Assembly: GCA_951406725.2 (NCBI GenBank)
Contig: OX597825.1
Span: forward strand, 9,486,001-9,550,000
DNA from: Octopus vulgaris
Lineage: Eukaryota
Length of the DNA stretch: 64,000 bases
Reading direction: 5' to 3'
Shown: piece by piece, positions 56,439 through 64,000 of the stretch
Layout: every line of letters begins with the position of its first letter
How positions within the stretch are numbered: the first letter of the stretch is position 1
Translations under genes and position numbers: made by a program
The notes under the pieces: generated by a model
Seen by the model: the letters and a program-made list of their open reading frames with translations, nothing else
What the model was told of the DNA's origin: nothing
The model's database searches: none

Positions 56439-56474
56439 GAAAATAACAAGCAGAGCACTACATATACATACATA

Positions 56475-56545
<71 letters not shown>

Positions 56546-56803
56546 GCATATATATACATATATATATATATACATATATCTATATATATATATATATGTG
56601 TGTGTGTGTACATATAGATATTTACTTACGTGTATACATACATATATATGGAGATAGACAGGGATACATACACACATGTGTGTATGTTTGTGTGTGTGTT
56701 TGTGAAGAAAATAATACACGGGAAGTATATACAGATATGTATGTACGCATGTGCACACAGTCACGGGCAAATACATAAATAGCTCCATAGCTCGATTGAT
56801 CGT

Positions 56804-56912
<109 letters not shown>

Positions 56913-57685
56913 GTATATGCACACACACATACGTATATATAGAGTGAGATATATAGATTATTTATTAATTATGTGAAGAGTAAATGCATCTTTAACATGT
57001 ATGACTATTGAAATTTAGATTTATACGATATGAGAATCAATTCGTAAGTAAACGAACAACAGAGCAGAGATAAGGAATGACAGGAAATAATGAAAGATGA
57101 CAGTTTGGTACTTACACATGCGCAGTGGCACTCGTACATAGAACGACACACACAGAGAGGCACACATCCACATATACATTCACATACAAACAGACTAACC
57201 TTTTCAGACGTACACACACAACAAATCGCAGTATATCGGACTTTTAATATTTACATTGTATCAATGAGTATTGATTAACTATAATGGACAAAGAATCTGA
57301 TTGCATAGGTAGGCTAGCTATTAGATATATTATAGATTGCATCAATTAAGAAGGCCAGCGATAATTCTTATAGGTTAATTCTTTTGTGAATTCTGTTATT
57401 ATGAATTATGGCATAAATGCTTTAGGCTTGATCTAGGTTAAAAGTCATAACTTGTGTGACCAAGGGGAGGCATCATCTCACTGATAAGTAGAGAAATGCC
57501 ACTTGCCATTGAGGTGAAGAACTGGTGTATTTTTATAATAAGGTTGATTGAGTTATTAGCTATTTATACAGAATGTTTTCATAAACAGACCGAGATTTCT
57601 GACATGTTTTGTACATACAAACACGCCCATACACACATGCAAGGACACACTCATATACGTACATGCACACACACAAACAAATATA

Positions 57686-57764
<79 letters not shown>

Positions 57765-58245
57765 ATCTACGTATATATATATATATGTATTCACACACAC
57801 GCACACACACATATATATATATATACATATATATGTACCTACTCACTATATATAATAAAAAAAGTTCTTGGTTCAGTATTATATATTTGAAAAATTGAGT
57901 AGAGATGACTTTTGAGGGTTAATTTTTATTTTGAATGCTTACACTGAGTGTCTACGATATGGATTTCAAGCATCAAATAGCCGTTTTCAAACTGAAAGAT
58001 GTATGTTTTACTGGTTGCTTATATAGCAAAAAAATTCGTTACAAGTATACACATAAAATATATATATATATAAAAGGGGAAATATATATAATAAAAAGAT
58101 ACAAAAGCATGTGTCTAGAAGAAGGAGAAGGAGGAGAAGAAGAAGAAATATAAATAAATATAAAAATAACAAAGACACATGACTAATAATGTTTGAGAAC
58201 GGAGGGAAAAGGTGAGATAAGTCCACCAAGAATACACACACACAC

Positions 58246-58325
<80 letters not shown>

Positions 58326-59324
58326 CGAAGCGCATGTGTGTTTGTGTATGTATGTGCGTGCACGAGTATATTTGTGTTTGAGTGTGTATGTACCGTCTTG
58401 CATTCTAAAAAAAATATTTTCCAATCATTTCCTTTGAACGAACCGAAGATTCTAATTTTGTTTTGGGTCATTGACACCGTCTCACACTTTTCCAAAATGG
58501 TCGAAAATAACATACGTTTCTTCTCAACAAAGTAGCTTACATTTTCCTGAGTGAATCATTCATATTCTAGGTTACAATAAACATCGACTGTTAATAAGCT
58601 TGCACAAGGATGTTTATTTTTTAATATATATTAACTATCTTCCACGAAGCTATTTTTCTTACAAAATCTATGACTTCACGTCTAACACATTACTTCTGTA
58701 ATGAGAACAATAATTATCTTTTGATATGCATTCCGTCTAGTATATAGGGAAATTCATGAGGTATTTTAATTGTTTACAGAGATTTTTGTTCTGAAAATTG
58801 TTTGCGTAGTTTTATAAAGTGTGTGTAATGTCTAAACTTAGATATGTAGTGTTAAATATGTATATTGAGACTTGCCCAATAATCCAGAATTGGTATCTTC
58901 CATAACTATTTACACAAAACATGTAGGAGAGGTGGTGGAATTAATTGCCAATTATATTCATATAATATCTTTCAAACATTTCTGCCCAGAGCTTCTAATA
59001 TTTTATTCGGTTTGGCTTTCTCTTCAAACTACATATACATACACACACACACATGTATATATATATATATGGAGACACAGAGAGAGACAGAGTGATAGAG
59101 AGAGACAAGCATATATATAGATATATAAGGACCTCTCAATCAATCACTCATAAAGGGGGTATATATATATGTACCCTCATAGCGTTTTCCCTGTCCTATT
59201 CATCCGTTGTTCCTTTTTCATTATATGTGTGCATCTCTATATATGTTTATATGTGTGTGTGTGTGAATGTGTGTATGTACATATTGATGTATATATGTAT
59301 GTATACATGTCTATATTTTCTACA

Positions 59325-59389
<65 letters not shown>

Positions 59390-59870
59390 TGTATCTATGC
59401 ATATATATACATATATATGTGTATGTATATATATAAGCAAAAATATATCTCTGAACAAAGTATATCGATATATATATATATATATATAGATATAGATATA
59501 TATATAGATATATCATTTATATTTAACTATATGCATGTATGTATTATATAAGTATATATACATGCCTCTATGAACACTGAGAGTGGGGGCAAGGAAAAAT
59601 AATTGGCAATTAAATTAATACAATGCCTTCGAAACATTTGTTCTCATCTCTGCTGCTATTTTAGCGGTTTAGGTGTCTCTTCAATTTTGATTTTGATGGT
59701 TTTAAAGGTTATTGTATTGATACCTGGAGTGACGGCAGTATGTTTATGTGTATATACACATTTCTGTGTTTCTATAAATATATGTATATATTCATGTATG
59801 TATATACCTACCTACTTGTGTTAAGCAAGCATCTATGTATACATAGATGAACGGGGCGTGTGTGAGTGTG

Positions 59871-59928
<58 letters not shown>

Positions 59929-60560
59929 TATATATATATACATATATATACATTTGTACTTATATATATACGCACACACATATATCTTCAACTACACATG
60001 CATATGAATATGTATATATATGTGTGTGTGTGTATTTGTGTTTGTGAGTTTGTGTTTGTTTGTGTGTGCGTATATGATTATATATACGTATATATATTAT
60101 ATATCTTAATATACAAGCATAAATATATGTACATATCTTTATTAGCTGTTCCTTCAATTGTGACACTTGCCGAATCTAGCGAATATCAGTATACAACTGG
60201 CCAGCAGGTATGTCTCTATTTCCTTCGTTATATATATATAATATAAATATTATATATATATAATATAAATATTATATATATGTAATATAAATATTATATA
60301 TGTGCACATATATAATATATACACATATATACATATATGTATGCATGTAAGTATATCAAATTCTTCCTCCCCTTCTCCCCCTCCTCCTCCTTCTTCTTCT
60401 TCCCTACCAAGAATTCATATAGACCTTGAACCCACAAGAGTAAACAAGAAAGACAGAGAAAGGCAGAAACAAGGAAAATGCCACTTATATTTGAACACTA
60501 TACAAATATTCCTTTAAAAAAACTGTTCTTTAAATTTTTCTAAACTTAATTATTTGATAG

Positions 60561-60603
60561 TTACTGTTGAAAAGGTCTCAAATGACCGAAACCGGTACTG
60601 AAA
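60561..60603 (+). ncRNA. Degenerate minimal hammerhead motif
   Basis: UUACUG-UUGAAAA-GGUC(UCAAAU)GACC-GAAA-CCGG-UA-CUGAAA. Stem II and palindromic stem III ACCGGU are intact and the core is mutated. (TA)n follows at ~60656. Confidence 0.5.
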
Positions 60604-60652
60604 TGTTCTTTATAAAATTATTTTAGCAATTTCTATCTTAACTTGTTTTTTC

Positions 60653-60699
<47 letters not shown>

Positions 60700-61040
60700 C
60701 AGGGTGCGTAAGGTATCCGAGGATATATTTTTGGGGTTATTGCTGCATTTTTTGGTAACTGTGTATAATCTTTGCTTCAGAAAATAATAATGGCAGACCC
60801 TCAGCTTACTCAAGAAATGAAGAGGTATGCTTATTATTGTGGTTATAAAGGCTGAACATAGCGATTTAGAAATATCTTAATTTTTAAAAGTTGCCAGATC
60901 TTTCGTCTACAAAGTTTGTAAGCTAGAGACTAAAGAATAAACGTATCGCCAGTATCAAAGCATAAAAGATATTCTAAATGCTCTGAAATCATCAGAACAC
61001 CTGAATTAATCCAGCAAGTTCAACAGACAATTGTGAACGT
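60700..61040 (+). mobile_element. Tc1/mariner-superfamily transposon 5' fragment (HTH region)
   Basis: Starts TA-CAGGGTG. Translation gives MADPQLTQEMKRYA/IIVVIKAEHSDLEIS*FLKVARSFVYKV...KHKRYSKCSEIIRTPELIQQVQQTI. Confidence 0.7.
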
Positions 61041-61134
61041 ATACCGAGAATTCGTTAAGGAGAATAGTAAAAGTAATAAAAAAGAAGAAACACAAAGAAA
61101 CCTAATCTATATCCTTGAGGAGAAATCTGTGTAT

Positions 61135-61340
61135 ACTCTTTACTCTTTTACTTGTTGCAGTCATTTGACTGCGGCCATGCTGGAGCACCGCCTTTAGTCG
61201 AGCAAATCGACCCCAGGATTTATTCTTTGTAGGCCCAGTACTTATACTATCGGTTTTTTTTGCCGAACCGCTAAGTGACGGGGACACAAACACACCAGCA
61301 TCGGTTGTCAAGCAATGCTAGGGGGACAAACACAGACACA

Positions 61341-61424
<84 letters not shown>

Positions 61425-61587
61425 GACAGGCTTCTTTCAGTTTCCGTCTACCAAATCCATTCAAAAGGCAATGGTCGGCCCGGGGCTATAGCAGAAGACA
61501 CTTGCCCAAGATGCCACGCAGTGGGACTTAACCCGGAACCATGTGGCTGGTTAGCAAGCTACTTACCACACAGCCACCCCTGCGCCT
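61135..61587 (-). mobile_element. tRNA-derived SINE family A, full length
   Basis: Reverse complement of 50290-50709. Confidence 0.95.
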
Positions 61588-62112
61588 AGTACCACCCCTG
61601 CGCCTAGATACACCCTGTGTATCGGATTCTTTCTAACTTACGTGGAGTATTACAATGCGAGACATGGTGCCAAGATGTGTCACAGATTTTGTTACAAACA
61701 GTTAAACTGAAGAATGTATCTCTAATTGCAATGCTCTACGGAAATCCCAGAATCGTCTTTGTGAATGAATATATAAATTATGGTAGACCGATGTATTAGC
61801 CGTATACATATTTTAACGGAACGGCTGAAACGTGGTGTATTAAACGAATCACAGATCATCACAGATGACAGAAATATGCTTCATTTGACAGGAATCATGA
61901 GCTGGTATGTAGAGAGAGAAAAAAATCAGATCTAGGCAGTGTCAATTCACAGAAGATTGGGTTTCAAAAATTTTGTATTAGAGATAAAAACTTACGTTAA
62001 CTTACATTTAATAAGAAAAAAGTGAAAATTGTTAGTTGATGCATCATTTTCTTATGTGAAAATTTTTACTTTTTAAATCTTTTCGTCTCTTATCTCTCTC
62101 TCACATACACAT

Positions 62113-62179
<67 letters not shown>

Positions 62180-62257
62180 TTCTTTCTCTTTCTATTTCTC
62201 TCTCACTATTTCTCTCTCTTTGCCTGCACATATACATATATACATACAAATACACAC

Positions 62258-62303
<46 letters not shown>

Positions 62304-62461
62304 GTAGGTAGGTAGGTAGGTAGGTAGGTAGGTAGGTAGGTAGGTAGGTAGGTAGGTAGGTAGGTAGAGAGGTGGGCACGAATGGAGGGAGGTTGGTATG
62401 GAGATAGATGGATAGATAGAGAGACAGACAGGCAGGTAAGCGAGCAGAGAGACAGACAGAC

Positions 62462-62533
<72 letters not shown>

Positions 62534-63126
62534 CTTTGTACGCACTTATGTAGGTTTTAGTAATTGCAACAAATCAGGTATATTGAAATAAATTAATAGG
62601 TATTTTTCTTTTTTCTTGTTTTCTAGTTTTATGAAATTTTAATATGCTTTATCAAAAGCGTAGAAAAGTGAATGTCTTGACAATTATAACTGCAAAAAGA
62701 AGAGAAATTATTTCCTGATGTGTCAGAATACCTGAATGCATCTTTAAAAATATAGACATTTTGCGTTGAAACATTGGCAAATCATATTATTTTTTCGTAA
62801 AAATAACTTACTTCAAAGATAAGAAGTTATTATGGGAATGCCATGTACATTAAGCACGTCTTCCATATTACAATATAAGGACAGAATTTCAAGTAACGTA
62901 ATTAAAGTAGACAGAGAAAGGGAATCAGAAATAACATCAAGAAATTTAAAACATAAATTGGAAAGTGATTGAAATCTAAACATTCTGGAGGTGACAAAAT
63001 TTTAATTCAACTTAAAAATGTATATAGATTACTAATAGTATTTAACCCCCAATGCGTAAAAAATGCATACAAGAAAAAATATCCTTTGTATAATTCCGAA
63101 TGATTTTTTCCCAACCTGTATAGACT

Positions 63127-63298
63127 GTGGAGGCACATGGCCTAGTGTTTAGAGCAGCGGAATCGCGGTCGAGGGATCGCGGGTTTGTATCTCAGATCGG
63201 GCGCTGTGTGTGTTTATGAAAGAAACGCCTAAGCTCCACGCGGCTCCGGCAGAAGGTAATGGCGAACTTCTACTGACTCTTTCGCCACGACTTTCTCT
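63127..63298 (+). mobile_element. tRNA-derived SINE family C, 3' truncated
   Basis: Near-identical to 31682-31856. Confidence 0.88.
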
Positions 63299-63304
63299 AT
63301 CGGT

Positions 63305-63406
63305 TACTTTCACTGAACCGCTGATTCACATGTACGTAAACACACCAACACCGGTTGTCAAGCGGTGATGGGGGACAAACACACACACACATATATATAT
63401 ACATAC

Positions 63407-63448
<42 letters not shown>

Positions 63449-63485
63449 CGGCCTTTTTCAGTTTCTATCTACCATATCTACTCAA
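63305..63485 (-). mobile_element. SINE family A internal fragment
   Basis: gtaaacacaccaacaccggttgtcaagcggtgatgggggacaaacac...tttcagtttc matches family A. Confidence 0.8.
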
Positions 63486-63520
63486 TATCTGTAGTGTTTG
63501 TTTCTCTCGCCTACAGGGTT

Positions 63521-63621
63521 AACACTGAAGAATATTGTAAGTTCACTATTGATACAAAGGAACGGACCCAGAGGCGAACAGCTTCTCAAAAACATTCTCA
63601 CACTGGAAACAATCGAATGTT
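63521..63621 (+). ncRNA. Degenerate hammerhead-like motif with long stem II
   Basis: AACA-CUGAAGA-A-UAUUGUAAG..CUCACACUG-GAAA-CAAUCG-AA-UGUU. Stem I is intact, stem II base pairs 7 of 9, and U16.1 is mutated to A. Confidence 0.35.
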
Positions 63622-64000
63622 TTTACTGATGACGAGTACATTATACGAGAAGTTGCTAGAAGCGAGCGCGTCCCGTTTTTTTCTTAATTTACAGAAATCG
63701 TACTAAAAACTTAAGTCGGTAAAAGAAAATGGCTGACGACGATTTCATTGTCATTGTACATTTCACTGTTAATCGACTCCCTCATTGAGGCTATATTTCC
63801 TGTTTCCTTCTATCTGCATTGCGAAATGTCTGTCTCTATATATATCTGTCTGTTAAACTCTCCTTAACTATGTGAGTACGTGAATGTCAATATCTCTATG
63901 GCAGGCCTAATAAACAGACGGACGGACAATCAGATAGATAGATAGATAGATAGAGAGAGAGGGGGGAGAGTGAGAGAGAGATTGAGAGATAGAGAGATAG

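Noticed and set aside
59578-59646. UGAG..GGGGGCA..UGCCUUC-GAAA-CAUUUG-UU-CUCA hammerhead-like motif
   Set aside because: Stems are present but the CUGANGA core is essentially absent. Too degraded to call.

Overview
Repeat-saturated, AT-rich eukaryotic DNA with no host protein-coding exon I can support. The repeat repertoire suggests a cephalopod, probably Octopus (inference only). Almost every ORF in the track is a microsatellite translation artefact. The supportable content is decayed TEs (Tc1 with both TIRs, mariner copies, a mariner-type MITE, Tx1/L1, RTE and R4/Dong LINE pieces, Helitron pieces, a Penelope-like RT fragment), about 20 tRNA-derived SINE copies in four modular families, and very many microsatellites. 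The most striking unexplained structure is about 15 type-I minimal hammerhead ribozyme (HHR) motifs (stem I-CUGANGA-stem II-GAAA-palindromic stem III-UH-stem I'). They sit in several unrelated short, non-coding, usually (TA)n-flanked elements. One has an intact canonical core (52081-52166, minus), several carry a recurrent C-C-G-A (U4C) core, three related elements form fold-back hairpins with 81-114 bp arms, and one family joins a tRNA-like Pol III head to an HHR tail in a head-to-head pair (44557-45165). I interpret these as non-autonomous Penelope-dependent, retrozyme-like elements. All structures were read by eye; no folding or database search was run.
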